A DNA stretch of 64,000 bases from an uncultured Leptospiraceae bacterium (GCA_964627815.1 CAZVKE010000002.1:272123-336122), one strand, 5' to 3'. Shown: positions 53,167 through 63,573, counted from the first letter of the stretch. Translations and numbers: made by a program. Notes: a model not told the origin generated them from the letters alone.

Positions 53167-54624
53167 ATGAAAAAAGCGCTGGCAGGACTCGGAATCGTTG
53201 TATCGCTTTTTATCGGAATTGTCGTTTTTAACACCGTCAGATTTTCCGGAAAACAGATGCGCGTCGACCCGGTGATTATCCGATATGATGCGCGCCAGGC
53301 GTTCGAACACCTGTCAGAGGCAGTCCGGATCCCCACCGTTGCCTACGATGAAAAAACGCCAGACTACTCTCAGTTCATCCGGTTTCACCGGTTTCTTGAA
53401 AAAACCTTCCCCCTCGTTCATTCAAAGCTGAAGAGAGAAAAGGTGAACAACTACAGCCTTCTTTACACATGGAAGGGCGCCAGTGAAACGAAAAAACCCG
53501 TGCTCCTGATGGGGCACATGGATGTGGTGCCTGTTGAGCCGGGAACCGAAAAAGCCTGGAAATACCCGCCCTTTTCTGGAAAAATCGCCGAGGGATTCAT
53601 CTGGGGGCGAGGCGTGCTCGACGATAAGGCATGCGTGATGGGAATCCTTGAAGCCGCGGAAGAACTGCTGCGGAAGGGATATCGGCCTGACCGGACCATT
53701 TACCTCGCGTTCGGCCACGACGAGGAGGGCGGAGGACCCGAGGGGGGGGCCAATATCGCGAAGCTGCTCGAATCGCGCGGCGTGCGGCTTGAGCTCGCGC
53801 TCGACGAGGGCGGATCTATTACCGAGGGAGTCATGAAGGGAATGTCGTCCCCCGTCGCGCTTGTAGGCACGGCCGAGAAGGGATTTCTCTACCTCGATCT
53901 CTCGGTGGAGAGCAGCGGAGGTCACGCGGCCATGCCTCCCAGAGAGACCGCTCTGGGCATCCTCTGCGGCGCGATCAGCAGGCTGGAGAAGCGGCAGTTC
54001 CCCGACAAGCTGACCGAAGTGCCGAAGGCCATGTTCGAGTGGATCGGCCCCGAGATGGGGTTCGCCAACAGGGTGGTGCTGTCCAACCTGTGGGCGTTCG
54101 GCGGCATCCTGAAACGCCAGCTTGCGAAAAACCCGTCCACGGCGGCGATGCTGCATACGACCATCTCTCCGACGATGATCCAGGGAAGTGTTAAGAAAAA
54201 CGCGCTGCCGATAAGGGCGTCGGCGATCATCAACTTTCGCATTATGCCGGGCGAAACGATGGCAAGCGTGACCGAATATGTACGCAAGACAATCGATGAC
54301 CCGCGCGTCAGGCTGACGGCGGTCGGCGTCAATAACGAGCCATCACCGGTCACCGGCACCGGATCAGCCGGATTCAAAACGGTCCAAAAAACGATCGGAC
54401 AGATCGTCCCCGGCGCGGTCGTCGCGCCGTACCTTGTGATGGTTCGCACCGATTCGCGCCACTACGCGAACATCGCCGATGCGGTGATCCGCTTCATGCC
54501 GAGCATCATGAAGCCGGAGGATCTTGCGCGCATTCACGGCACCAATGAGCGGATCGCGTTTTCGACATACGAAACCTACATTAAATTCTATATGCAGATC
54601 ATAAAGAACGCGAATCTGCCGTAA
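53167..54624 (+). CDS. M20-family metallopeptidase (carboxypeptidase S/ArgE/DapE-like) with N-terminal membrane anchor
   Basis: LLMGHMDVVPV...RGVLDDKACVMGILEAA...YLAFGHDEEGGG are M20 metal-binding motifs. Confidence 0.8.
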   Translation: MKKALAGLGIVVSLFIGIVVFNTVRFSGKQMRVDPVIIRYDARQAFEHLSEAVRIPTVAYDEKTPDYSQFIRFHRFLEKTFPLVHSKLKREKVNNYSLLYTWKGASETKKPVLLMGHMDVVPVEPGTEKAWKYPPFSGKIAEGFIWGRGVLDDKACVMGILEAAEELLRKGYRPDRTIYLAFGHDEEGGGPEGGANIAKLLESRGVRLELALDEGGSITEGVMKGMSSPVALVGTAEKGFLYLDLSVESSGGHAAMPPRETALGILCGAISRLEKRQFPDKLTEVPKAMFEWIGPEMGFANRVVLSNLWAFGGILKRQLAKNPSTAAMLHTTISPTMIQGSVKKNALPIRASAIINFRIMPGETMASVTEYVRKTIDDPRVRLTAVGVNNEPSPVTGTGSAGFKTVQKTIGQIVPGAVVAPYLVMVRTDSRHYANIADAVIRFMPSIMKPEDLARIHGTNERIAFSTYETYIKFYMQIIKNANLP

Positions 54625-54824
54625 GGGGATACAGGAACTGACCCGGGTCAGCCCTCTTACGGGAAATTTTTATGCGCCCCCACTTTTGCGTCAGGGTGTA
54701 TAGTTGTTGACTCCTGCTTTTCTGTATGAAATTCTTTTCAAACGAAAGCGGGTCCAGGGTGAAAAGCCCCAGGGCCTCTTTGCCGCATATGTGCCGTCAA
54801 ACAATTTCTACGCGGAGGATCGGT

Positions 54825-55988
54825 ATGGAAGCTCACCTGAATTCAGAGGAAAAATATCGCCAGGCGGCGGAACTTATCGCGCGGGCGGGCACAATCCCGT
54901 TCTCGGTCACCACGACGCTTGTCGATATCGTGAAGTTCTATATCGACGAGGATGACGCGGAATTCATCATGAAAAATTTCAGCGCCAAGACCACGCTCTC
55001 GCTCGATGAAATGCGCGCGTCGTCGGGACTGACCGACGATGAGATCGTCAGGAAAACGGACTCCCTCGCGAAGAAAGGAATCATATTCAACCAGCCCAAT
55101 ACAAAAGGCGCCATGGTCTACCGTCTTCTTCCTCTCATCGTCGTTGGTACGTTCGAGTATACCTTCATGAAGGAGCTTCCGCAGGGTGAAAAGATAAAGG
55201 ACTATGAAAAGATCGCGAAGCTCTATCACAACCTGCTCGAAGAGCTGCGTGATTTCATACAGGGGAACTACGACGGACTTCTGCCGTTCTTTGAGCAGCA
55301 GCCGCCGGTTGACCGAACCGTCCCTGTTTTTACGAACGAAGGCGGGAAGAAAATCAATATCGTGGTGAATAAAGCGGTCCGGGCGGAAGAAGTCATCATG
55401 CCTTCAAAAACGGTGGAAGAGATCATCGCCAAGTATGATGACATCGCCGTCGGGCACTGCTTCTGTCGGAACTACACAAGAGTTCTCGGTCACGCCTGTG
55501 CGACGGGAGCGCCGTCGGAGGTCTGCTTCACTTTCGGGAAATCCGCCCGGCACACGATCAACCAGGGATTCGCGAGGCGCGTGACGAAGGACGAGGCGAT
55601 GACGATCATGAAGCAGGTCGAGGAGGCGGGCCTGGTGCACAAGGCGTTCCACAACGGATCGAACATCGAAAAAGAGGAGAACAGCATCTGCAACTGCTGC
55701 AAGGACTGCTGCGACACCTTTACCCTCTGGCGCAACGGGGCCTCGCCGATGGTGAACTCGACGATGTACCTTTCGGTGATCGATCGCGAAACCTGCACCG
55801 GCTGCGGGATCTGTGTGGAGCGCTGCCCCGTGGACGCGATCACGCTCGGGGATGACGGCACCGCGGTCCGCGAGGAGAAGTACTGTATCGGCTGCGGCGT
55901 CTGCGCCCGCTTCTGTCCGGCAGACGCGATCTCGCTGCAGGAGGGGATGCGGCGCGTCTGTGTCCCGCCGCCACGGTTGAGAAAATAA
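54825..55988 (+). CDS. 4Fe-4S dicluster ferredoxin-domain protein with additional N-terminal domain and Cys-rich segment
   Basis: Two CxxCxxCxxxCP motifs ([24 protein letters not shown]) plus CNCCKDCCD. The start is taken at MEAHLN with SD GGAGGA. Confidence 0.65.
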   Translation: MEAHLNSEEKYRQAAELIARAGTIPFSVTTTLVDIVKFYIDEDDAEFIMKNFSAKTTLSLDEMRASSGLTDDEIVRKTDSLAKKGIIFNQPNTKGAMVYRLLPLIVVGTFEYTFMKELPQGEKIKDYEKIAKLYHNLLEELRDFIQGNYDGLLPFFEQQPPVDRTVPVFTNEGGKKINIVVNKAVRAEEVIMPSKTVEEIIAKYDDIAVGHCFCRNYTRVLGHACATGAPSEVCFTFGKSARHTINQGFARRVTKDEAMTIMKQVEEAGLVHKAFHNGSNIEKEENSICNCCKDCCDTFTLWRNGASPMVNSTMYLSVIDRETCTGCGICVERCPVDAITLGDDGTAVREEKYCIGCGVCARFCPADAISLQEGMRRVCVPPPRLRK

Positions 55989-56127
55989 ACGGCGATCCGC
56001 CATGAAGGCGCGAAAACGTTTTCGCGCCTTCATGGCGGCATCCATGCCAAAACTTTTTTATCTTGACACACGCCGGCATTCGTATCATAGGGATGTTCTC
56101 TCACACCAATCCAGCGAGGTACCTATC

Positions 56128-57387
56128 ATGTGCATGCAACACTGGGCTCTCCAGCATACCGATCCTGAGGTTTACCAGGTTCTTCAGAAGGAAAACAAAC
56201 GGCAGGATGAATCGCTCATCCTGATAGCGTCAGAAAACTACGTGTCCAAAGCGGTGCTCGAGGCCTCCGCTTCGACAATGACCAATAAATACGCGGAAGG
56301 GTATCCCGGCAAGCGCTACTACAACGGATGCCAGTTCGTCGACGAAGTGGAGACGATCGCGATCGACCGGATCAGGCGCCTGTTCAATGCCGATGTCGCC
56401 AACGTCCAGCCGCACAGCGGCGCGCAGGCGAACATGGCGGTGATGCTCGCCTATCTCAAGCCCGGCGACGTCGTCATGGGAATGAACCTCGCGCACGGAG
56501 GGCACCTGTCGCACGGGTCCCCGGTGAATTTTTCGGGCCTCACCTATAAGATCGTATCCTACGGCGTCACAAAGGATACCAACAGGATCGATTACGACGA
56601 GGCGGCGAGGGTCGCGAAGGAGCACAAACCGAAAATCATCGTTGCCGGCGCGTCGGCGTATCCCCGGATCATCGACTTCAACAGGTTCAGAGAGATCGCC
56701 GATTCGGTAGGCGCGCTCCTTCTTGTTGATATCGCGCATATCGCGGGGCTGGTGGCGACCGGGCATCATCCCTCTCCCGTGCCTGTATCCGACTTCGTGA
56801 CCATGACTACCCATAAGACCCTGCGCGGCCCTAGGGGTGGCGTGATCCTCGCGAAGAAGGAGCGCGAGGCAGAGATGAATAAATCGATATTTCCCGGCGT
56901 GCAGGGCGGTCCGCTCATGCACACGATCGCCGCGAAAGCCGTCGCCTTCGGCGAGGCGCTCTCGCCCGACTTCAAGGAGTATTCGGGACAGGTGATCGCC
57001 AACGCCCGTGTGCTCGCCGAAACGCTGCTTGCGCGCGGCCTCAACATTACTTCGGGCGGCACCGACAACCATTTGATGCTCGTCGACCTGCGCAACAGAA
57101 ACCTGACCGGCAAGGACGTCGCCAACCGCCTCGACGCGGCGGGGATCACCTGTAACAAGAACGGCGTGCCGTTTGATGACAAGTCGCCGTTCGTGACAAG
57201 CGGCATAAGGCTCGGAAGCCCGGCGCTCACCACACGCGGCCTGAAGGAAGACGAGTTCAAAAAGATAGGCACCATGATTGCCGACGTTATAGATAACATG
57301 GACGACGAGAAGGTGCTTGAGCGGGTGAAAGGCGGCGTGAAGGAGCTGTGCAAGGCCTACCCGACCCACGCGCTGCGCCTTGTCTGA
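56128..57387 (+). CDS. glyA: Serine hydroxymethyltransferase
   Basis: [44 protein letters not shown]...[12 protein letters not shown] has canonical SHMT motifs including the PLP-Lys context. The start is at MCMQ or MQHW. Confidence 0.9.
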   Translation: MCMQHWALQHTDPEVYQVLQKENKRQDESLILIASENYVSKAVLEASASTMTNKYAEGYPGKRYYNGCQFVDEVETIAIDRIRRLFNADVANVQPHSGAQANMAVMLAYLKPGDVVMGMNLAHGGHLSHGSPVNFSGLTYKIVSYGVTKDTNRIDYDEAARVAKEHKPKIIVAGASAYPRIIDFNRFREIADSVGALLLVDIAHIAGLVATGHHPSPVPVSDFVTMTTHKTLRGPRGGVILAKKEREAEMNKSIFPGVQGGPLMHTIAAKAVAFGEALSPDFKEYSGQVIANARVLAETLLARGLNITSGGTDNHLMLVDLRNRNLTGKDVANRLDAAGITCNKNGVPFDDKSPFVTSGIRLGSPALTTRGLKEDEFKKIGTMIADVIDNMDDEKVLERVKGGVKELCKAYPTHALRLV

Positions 57388-57759
57388 TCAGGGCAGTTCT
57401 ATGATCGCGGAGGCCACGGCGTACTCGCGCTCGTGGCTGATGCTCAGGTGAATGCGAAGCGGCGTTTCGGCGTTTAAGCCGAGCGCCGCCCTGAAAAATT
57501 CAACGTTGCTGACGTACGGTTTCCCCTCTTCGTTGTTGAGCACTTCAATGTCGGTAAAGCGCACAGGGGCGCCGAGCGCCTTGAAGAGCGCCTCCTTTGC
57601 CGCGAACCTTCCGGCGAGGAATGGGTAGGGCGTCTTTTCGGGGAGGAGGCGCATTTCATTTTCGGAAAGAATCTTTGAAGCGAAACGGCTGCCGTGCGAG
57701 TCTGATATCTCCTTTATCCTCGCGATGCTGACGATGTCTATCCCCGATCCGTGTATCAT
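57388..57759 (-). CDS. acpS: Holo-[acyl-carrier-protein] synthase
   Basis: MIHGSGIDIVSIARIKE...FAAKEALFKALG is the AcpS 4'-phosphopantetheinyl transferase signature. Confidence 0.85.
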   Translation of the reverse strand: MIHGSGIDIVSIARIKEISDSHGSRFASKILSENEMRLLPEKTPYPFLAGRFAAKEALFKALGAPVRFTDIEVLNNEEGKPYVSNVEFFRAALGLNAETPLRIHLSISHEREYAVASAIIELP

Positions 57760-57901
57760 GCCGCGCTCCAGCCGTTCGTGAAATGATTGCCGGCAGGATA
57801 CTCTGAAATTAATTTAACGCAACGCTTTTTTCGGGATCACCTGTTCTTTTCCCCGACGGAAGGATTGTATCCCCCCGCCGCAAGACCCGCTGTAAAATTC
57901 T

Positions 57902-57930
57902 TGACATGCGCAAAATTGCAGCTTACAATT
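57902..57930 (+). promoter_or_regulatory. Near-consensus sigma70 promoter TTGACA-N17-TACAAT for the downstream lipoprotein gene
   Basis: TTGACA (57902–57907), spacer TGCGCAAAATTGCAGCT, TACAAT (57925–57930), about 70 nt upstream of the ATG at 58001. Confidence 0.5.
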
Positions 57931-58000
57931 CATGGCATAAACTGTGAAGTATGTGAATCGGGTGAGCCGGAATATTTTTAATGAACAGGGGGAATCAGTG

Positions 58001-58729
58001 ATGAAAAGAACAGTCCTCGTCGCCTGCGCGCTGCTGCTGGCGATGCCTATCTGTTGTAAACGCGGCGGGCAGGGGCCGCAGGAAGCGGTGCTTTCAAAAA
58101 AATACGCCAAGTACGAAGTGCATGTCACCAGGGATAAGGAGCTGAAAACCTGGGCGGCCACGCTCGAAAAAGGCGAAGGAGTCGATCTCCTTCAGGAGGA
58201 AAAATTCACGACGCCCGCCGGCAAAGCTATGGATGTTTCGAAAGTGAAGCTGGCCGACGATACCGTCGCCTACATCGAAACCCGTCATCTGGCCGATAAG
58301 GTCATCGTGTTTATCGAGGACTCGAAAGCCTATCTGCGTCCCGCCGCCGACAGCAGGGTCATCGCGACCATTCCGCAGGGGACCATCGCGTTCGTGGTCG
58401 GCGAGAAGGCAAGCTGGATACAGGTCTATGCCGGCAAGATAGACGGCAAGTGGATCACGAAGGAGTGGGTCAGCAGGGGATTTTCCGAAGACCAGCAGGT
58501 GCTCGTCGACGCCCGCACGCTGGAAAGCGCGCTGTCGATGCTGAAATCGGACAACGCCGCGAAGCGCGCGGAGGGGCAGAAAAAGCTTGAGGAAGTCTCG
58601 AGAAGCTCGACGGTTCCGGGGGAGATGGCGCGTAGAAAGCTCGCCGAGCTTGCCGCCGGAACGCAGGAAAATCCGGCGGGAACGCAACCGTCGGGTCAGC
58701 CCGCTGAAGCGCCGTCAGCAGGCCAGTAA
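58001..58729 (+). CDS. Lipoprotein, hypothetical (possible SH3-like domain), Pro/Gln-rich C-terminus
   Basis: MKRTVLVACALLLAMPICC has a lipobox. A GGGGGAA RBS precedes the ATG. The C-terminal is low-complexity AGTQENPAGTQPSGQPAEAPSAGQ. Confidence 0.6.
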   Translation: MKRTVLVACALLLAMPICCKRGGQGPQEAVLSKKYAKYEVHVTRDKELKTWAATLEKGEGVDLLQEEKFTTPAGKAMDVSKVKLADDTVAYIETRHLADKVIVFIEDSKAYLRPAADSRVIATIPQGTIAFVVGEKASWIQVYAGKIDGKWITKEWVSRGFSEDQQVLVDARTLESALSMLKSDNAAKRAEGQKKLEEVSRSSTVPGEMARRKLAELAAGTQENPAGTQPSGQPAEAPSAGQ

Positions 58730-58785
58730 ACCAAGCGAGTATCAGATTCTTTTCGAAGGGCGGCGGGGATAAGAGGCCGCCCTTT

Positions 58786-59388
58786 TCATGTCATTTTCGT
58801 ACGGGCCTCGAGCGAGCGGATGAGCGTCGCCGTGTCGGCGAAGTCGAGGTTCGCTCCGACCGGAAGGCCGTGCGCGATGCGCATCACGCTGACCGGCAGC
58901 CCCCCGAGCGCCCTTGCCAGATAGAGCGCCGTCGCGTCGCCTTCGATTGTCGGATTGGTGGCGATGATCACCTCGCGTACCGATCCTTCACCGCACCGTG
59001 AAACGAGCTTTCCGATATTCAGGTCGTCAGGGCCTATTCCGTCGAGCGGCGAGATCACGCCGCCGAGCACATGGTAGAGGCCGTGATATCCCCCTGTGTG
59101 CTCGATCGTCAGCGCGTCCTTCTGTTCCTCGACGACGCAGATGACGCTCCGGTCGCGCGAGGAGTCCGCGCATATCCCGCATGTTTCACCGTCGGAAATG
59201 CCGCCGCAGACGGCGCAGGAGCGGATGTTTTTCTTCAGCTCTATGATCGCGCCGGCAAGTTTCTCCACGTCACCGGCCTGCATTTTGAGCACGTGAAAGG
59301 CGAGGCGCGAAGCGCTCTTCGGGCCAATGCCCGGGAGCCTTGAGAACTCCTTGATGAGCGCTTCGAGATATTTCGATGATCCGTGCAA
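58786..59388 (-). CDS. recR: Recombination protein RecR
   Basis: LIKEFSRLPGIGPKSASRLAFH (HhH); CAVCGGISDGETCGIC (zinc finger); Toprim VICVVEE...ATNPTIEGDATA. Confidence 0.9.
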   Translation of the reverse strand: MHGSSKYLEALIKEFSRLPGIGPKSASRLAFHVLKMQAGDVEKLAGAIIELKKNIRSCAVCGGISDGETCGICADSSRDRSVICVVEEQKDALTIEHTGGYHGLYHVLGGVISPLDGIGPDDLNIGKLVSRCGEGSVREVIIATNPTIEGDATALYLARALGGLPVSVMRIAHGLPVGANLDFADTATLIRSLEARTKMT

Positions 59389-59397
59389 CGGCCTTCT

Positions 59398-59721
59398 CTA
59401 TTTGAACATGTCGGTGAGCCCGGGGATGTTCATTCCGCCGGTGAGCTTGGACATCTCCTCCGCCGCCAGGTCCTTGATCCGGTCCATGGCGACGTCGTTT
59501 GCGAGTATGATCGATTTTTCGATCTTCTTCTTGTCGCCCGAGTTGATGAGCGCCTGGTCGATCTCGATATCCACAATCTTGTATTCGCCGTTGACCTTGA
59601 CCTTGACGGTGCCGTCGGCGTTCTCGCCTTCGACCACCGCCTTTTTGAGCCGCTTCTGAATGTCCTTGAACTGCTTCTGCAGTTTCATGATGTTGCCGAG
59701 CTCGCCGAGTCCTTTTAACAT
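59398..59721 (-). CDS. ybaB: Nucleoid-associated protein YbaB/EbfC
   Basis: GNIMKLQKQFKDIQKRLKK...VKVKVNGEYKIVDIEID...MNIPGL matches the YbaB/EbfC family. It sits in the conserved dnaX–ybaB–recR order. Confidence 0.85.
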   Translation of the reverse strand: MLKGLGELGNIMKLQKQFKDIQKRLKKAVVEGENADGTVKVKVNGEYKIVDIEIDQALINSGDKKKIEKSIILANDVAMDRIKDLAAEEMSKLTGGMNIPGLTDMFK

Positions 59722-59722
59722 T

Positions 59723-61342
59723 TCATTCTCCTTTTGTTTCTATTATCTGTCCGTGAAAAATTTCTTTTATCTTTTCTACAAGTGGATCGTTGCTGTCCAT
59801 TTCGCTCGTGTCGGGTTCCGGCGCACGTACCATTTCCGCTTCGGGCGGCGGCGTGCTTTCCCGGACCGGCTCCTGCGGTTTCGCCGGGGGTTCGGCCGGC
59901 GCTTTTGCGGAAACGGCCGATCCCGTCATGCGCGAGAACTCCCCACTTATAAAATCGAGGTCGTTCCTGTCAAGCATTCCACCCGGGGAGCGGGTTGGGG
60001 ATGGGGATACGAGGATGTCGTTTCCCTCGCGCGTGACACGCGCGTCCTTCAGTTTCCGGAAGAGAAGGGGCTTCCGGTCCTTTACCGAGGTGAGGAATTC
60101 GGTCCATTGCCTTCGGAAGTCGGCGGGCGGGTCATTTTTTTTTTCCGCTTCGACGGGTTTTTCAGGCGTCTTCTGCGGCTTTGCGGGAGCCTGTTCTTTT
60201 ACCGGCTCCGGGACGTTTTCGAGCTTTTTCAGGAGCGCGGCGATGGAAGGTGAGCGCCTGACGGATATCATGTCCAGCAGCGCCATTTCGATATTGATCT
60301 GTTCGTTGCTCGTGAAGCGCATCTGCGCCTGGAGCTCCGAGGCGATCCTGAAAAACGAGCCGAGCTCTTCATCCGAAAAAAGGGCCGCTGTCGATTTAAG
60401 CTTATCGGTCTCCTCCGCGGAAAAACCGAGAATGTCAGCAAGCTCAATCCCGTTGCGAAGAAGGCGTATTGTCCTCAGGATTTCGATGAATCCGGCGGCG
60501 TAGCGGGGCAGGTCAAGCCCGAGCGAGGCGACCCGCTCCGTTTCGGTGATAACTCCGGCGGCGTCAGTCCCGGCGATATGGCCGAAGATCGAGAGGTAGC
60601 TTTCAACCGGCACAATGCCGAGCACCGCAAGCGCGTTCGCTTCGCTGACGTCCCCCTCCGAGAAGGATATCACCTGGTCGAGCAGCGACTGTGAATCGCG
60701 CATTGACCCGCCTGCAGCGCGGGCGATCGGATAGAGCGCCGCCTCGTCGATGGCGAAGCCCTCTTTTTTCACGATCGACTTGAGGTGCGCGACAATTGCA
60801 TCAACCGATATCTTCTTGAAAAAAAACTTCTGGCACCGCGAAAGAATGGTTTCGGGCACCTGGTGTATCTCGGTGGTGGCAAAGACGAACACGACGTGGG
60901 GAGGCGGCTCCTCGAGCGTTTTCAGAAGCGCGTTGAACGCCTCCTTGGTGAGCATGTGCACTTCGTCTATGATGTAAATTTTGTATTTCGATTTGACCGG
61001 CGCGAAGTTTACATTCTCGCGCAGTTCGCGGATGTTTTCTATCCCCCTGTTCGATGCGCCGTCGATCTCGATCACGTCGAACGATGCGCCGTCACGTATC
61101 TCAAGACACTGCTCGCATTTGCCGCACGGGCTTTCGGTGGGGCCGTGGACGCAGTTGAGTGATTTGGCGAGGATGCGCGCCATTGTCGTTTTACCGACGC
61201 CGCGCGGCCCCGCGAAGAGGTAGGCGTGCGATATGCGCCCGTTTTTGATGCTGTTACGGATTGTTCTGGATACGTGATCCTGGTAGACGACTTCGTCGAA
61301 ATTCTGGGGGCGCCACTTTCTGGCTGTTACCTGGTATGCCAT
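59723..61342 (-). CDS. dnaX: DNA polymerase III subunit gamma/tau
   Basis: MAYQVTARKWRPQNFDEVVYQDHV...HAYLFAGPRGVGKTTMARILAKSLNC...CGKCEQC...IYIIDEVHML is an AAA+ clamp-loader signature. Confidence 0.9.
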   Translation of the reverse strand: MAYQVTARKWRPQNFDEVVYQDHVSRTIRNSIKNGRISHAYLFAGPRGVGKTTMARILAKSLNCVHGPTESPCGKCEQCLEIRDGASFDVIEIDGASNRGIENIRELRENVNFAPVKSKYKIYIIDEVHMLTKEAFNALLKTLEEPPPHVVFVFATTEIHQVPETILSRCQKFFFKKISVDAIVAHLKSIVKKEGFAIDEAALYPIARAAGGSMRDSQSLLDQVISFSEGDVSEANALAVLGIVPVESYLSIFGHIAGTDAAGVITETERVASLGLDLPRYAAGFIEILRTIRLLRNGIELADILGFSAEETDKLKSTAALFSDEELGSFFRIASELQAQMRFTSNEQINIEMALLDMISVRRSPSIAALLKKLENVPEPVKEQAPAKPQKTPEKPVEAEKKNDPPADFRRQWTEFLTSVKDRKPLLFRKLKDARVTREGNDILVSPSPTRSPGGMLDRNDLDFISGEFSRMTGSAVSAKAPAEPPAKPQEPVRESTPPPEAEMVRAPEPDTSEMDSNDPLVEKIKEIFHGQIIETKGE

Positions 61343-61377
61343 CGCTCTGCCGGTACGGGGCTATGGGATTGTGAAGA

Positions 61378-61414
61378 GGCGCGCGCCCCTTTTGAGGGGA
61401 AAGGGGCGCGCGCC
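61378..61414. repeat. 15-bp perfect GC-rich inverted repeat (GGCGCGCGCCCCTTT-tgagggg-AAAGGGGCGCGCGCC)
   Basis: Seen directly in the sequence. It lies between the 3' end of tRNA-Ser (minus) and the dnaX start, so it is probably a tRNA-operon terminator or a dnaX leader structure. Confidence 0.6.
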
Positions 61415-61423
61415 GGTTTGTTT

Positions 61424-61508
61424 CGGAGAAGGAGGGATTCGAACCCTCGGTAGCTTGCGCTACACACGGTTTCCAACCGTGCTCCTTCGGCCACTCAGAC
61501 ACTTCTCC
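61424..61508 (-). tRNA. tRNA-Ser (anticodon GGA), long variable arm
   Basis: The reverse complement GGAGAAGTGTCTGAGTGGCCGAAGGAGCACGGTTGGAAACCGTGTGTAGCGCAAGCTACCGAGGGTTCGAATCCCTCCTTCTCCG folds as a cloverleaf. Anticodon stem CACGG/CCGTG, loop TTGGAAA, T-arm GGTTCGAATCC. CCA is not encoded. Confidence 0.85.
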
Positions 61509-61574
61509 CTGGTTCAAGATGGGCCCCGAGTGCATTCGCGGGCCCGTTCTTTTAAAAATACATATTTTAAAAAT

Positions 61575-61660
61575 CGGAGAGGGAGGGATTCGAACCCTCG
61601 GAAGGCAAAGCCCTCAACGGTTTTCGAGACCGCCCCATTCGACCTCTCTGGCACCTCTCC
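61575..61660 (-). tRNA. tRNA-Ser (anticodon CGA), long variable arm
   Basis: The reverse complement GGAGAGGTGCCAGAGAGGTCGAATGGGGCGGTCTCGAAAACCGTTGAGGGCTTTGCCTTCCGAGGGTTCGAATCCCTCCCTCTCCG has anticodon loop CTCGAAA and T-arm GGTTCGAATCC. Confidence 0.85.
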
Positions 61661-61670
61661 AATATCGCGG

Positions 61671-62321
61671 CTAATTGCTCTTGACTATTTTTATTATCTC
61701 CGCCACCGAAACTTTGCTGTCAAGCGAGGGCACGGTGAACAGGTTTCCCTCGCCGCGGTAAAAGTCGATGAGCGGCGCCGTTTTTTCGTTATAGGTTTTA
61801 AGCCTGTTTTTAATCACATCTTCTTTTTCGTCATCACGCTGTATGAGCGCGCTTCCGCATTTGTCACAGATCCCCTCTTTCTTCGGGGGCTGATAGGTCA
61901 CGTTATAGATTGCCTGGCATTTCGCGTTCGAACAGGTCCTTCTGCTCGTGAGCCGCTCGATGATGATCTTTTCCGGCACATCGAGATTGATTGCGGCATC
62001 GATGGCAATATGAAGTTTCTTTAAAAGATCACGAAGCGATTCGGCCTGCGGTATGGTCCTGGGAAATCCGTCGAGGATGAATCCCTTTGCACAGTCCTTC
62101 TCCTGCAGGCGCTCCTCCATGATGCCGAGGATGACGCTGTCCGGCACCAGGTCGCCCCGGTCCATAAACTCTTTCGCTTTTTTCCCGATCTCAGTTCCCG
62201 CCTGAACTGCGCCGCGAAGGATGTCTCCCGTTGATATCTGTACGATCCCGAACTGTTCGACAAGCATTTTCGATACGGTGCCTTTCCCGGCTCCCGGTGC
62301 GCCCAGTAGAATCAGCCTCAT
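61671..62321 (-). CDS. adk: Adenylate kinase (long form with Cys4 zinc lid)
   Basis: MRLILLGAPGAGKGTVSK (P-loop)...GFILDGFPRT...CSNAKCQ...CDKCG is the lid zinc motif. Confidence 0.9.
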   Translation of the reverse strand: MRLILLGAPGAGKGTVSKMLVEQFGIVQISTGDILRGAVQAGTEIGKKAKEFMDRGDLVPDSVILGIMEERLQEKDCAKGFILDGFPRTIPQAESLRDLLKKLHIAIDAAINLDVPEKIIIERLTSRRTCSNAKCQAIYNVTYQPPKKEGICDKCGSALIQRDDEKEDVIKNRLKTYNEKTAPLIDFYRGEGNLFTVPSLDSKVSVAEIIKIVKSN

Positions 62322-62436
62322 TCCGATACTCCTCGTGTAAGGATTGTGAAATGCTCAGGTGACCGGCACGTCGTGCCGCTCTTCTACGACGGGATGTATA
62401 TCTTTTAAAGACGGGCAAATAAATCAAGGATTTTTT

Positions 62437-63393
62437 TCATTTTCTCTTTGCCGCGGCTTTGCGAAGCCGGTCCATCATCGCCCTTCCAAGCCCCCGGTCG
62501 GGCATCCCGAGCGCGTATATCCGTTCAAGGCCCGCCGCGTCAAGGACATGGAGCGCCTGAAAGAAACGGGAAGCCGCTTCGGAAATGTCCCCGCTATCCG
62601 AAAGCACTTCTGTTTTCGCGAAACGGGCGCTCCCGGCAACAGGAGAAAGCGTCAGAAGCCCGGCATGAGCGCCGTCGATGCCCTCCAGCCCTGTGACAAT
62701 GCGTATAGGCGTTTCGGGCGCGTAGTGATAGGGAAGCTGGCCGGGCGCTTCGGGCAAATCAGAGCGCGCGTCCTCATAGTTGAGGCCGGTTATATCCGCA
62801 ATCGTCTCGATCGGTATGCCGCCGGCGCGCAGCAGGTAAAGGCGGTCGTTTTCAAGCCTGATGATGGTGGATTCGACGCCGACCGTGCAGGGGCCGCCAT
62901 CGAGGATTATGGGGACGCGCCCCCCCAGCTGGTCCTGAACGTGCCCGGCCGTGGTCGGGCTCAGGTAGCCGAACGGATTTGCGCTGGGGGCTGCGATCGG
63001 CGTGTCCGAAAGCGCAATGAGTCGCAGGGCTACCGGATGGGCAGGCATCCTGACCGCGACGGTGGGAAGCCCGGCGGTCACGATGTCGGGGACGATATCG
63101 GTTTTTTCAAGCACCAGGGTGAGCGGCCCCGGCCAGAAGCGTTTCATGAGTAGGCGCGCGGTATCGGGAATGTTTCGGGCAAGGCTGTCAATACGGTCGT
63201 GACGGTCGATATGGACGATCAGCGGATCAAAATAGGGCCTGTTTTTCGCCGCAAAGATGCCGGCGGCGGCTTTCGCGTCAAGCGCGCTGGCGCCGAGGCC
63301 GTACACGGTTTCGGTCGGGAACGCTACAAGCCCTCCCGCCCGGATGATCGATGCGGCTCTGGCAACTGTTTCTTCTGTCGGTGTGAGGATCAT
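62437..63393 (-). CDS. tsaC: L-threonylcarbamoyladenylate synthase TsaC/Sua5 (YrdC domain + Sua5 C-terminal domain)
   Basis: GGLVAFPTETVYGLGASALD...KNRPYFDPLIVHI...AAPSANPFG is the YrdC signature; the length (318 aa) indicates a Sua5-type C-terminal extension. Confidence 0.85.
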   Translation of the reverse strand: MILTPTEETVARAASIIRAGGLVAFPTETVYGLGASALDAKAAAGIFAAKNRPYFDPLIVHIDRHDRIDSLARNIPDTARLLMKRFWPGPLTLVLEKTDIVPDIVTAGLPTVAVRMPAHPVALRLIALSDTPIAAPSANPFGYLSPTTAGHVQDQLGGRVPIILDGGPCTVGVESTIIRLENDRLYLLRAGGIPIETIADITGLNYEDARSDLPEAPGQLPYHYAPETPIRIVTGLEGIDGAHAGLLTLSPVAGSARFAKTEVLSDSGDISEAASRFFQALHVLDAAGLERIYALGMPDRGLGRAMMDRLRKAAAKRK

Positions 63394-63573
63394 TACACTT
63401 GTCTGGTTTTCATGATGCCGATTCGGGCTGAACCGGCGTGCAGCAGATGCGCTTAGATGAGAAACCGTGAAATGTCAGGGCGTCAAGAGTTTTATCGGGA
63501 TTTCATGCCGGAAAATGGCACCTGCCCTGCGGCAGGCTTCGGACCGGTCCGGTTCTTTCTATCCCCCTAAAAC

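Noticed and set aside
61343-61423. SRP (4.5S/ffs) RNA upstream of dnaX
   Set aside because: The position is typical for ffs. However, the only structured element is a 37-nt hairpin lacking the conserved domain-IV GGAA/AGCAGC-type motifs, which is too short for SRP RNA.
61509-61574. Hairpin GGGCCCCGAGTGCATTCGCGGGCCC plus T-run between the two tRNA-Ser genes, as a plus-strand terminator
   Set aside because: No plus-strand gene reads into it. On the minus strand, the tRNA strand, it is not followed by a U-tract. It is probably a tRNA spacer processing structure, so it is not called as a feature.
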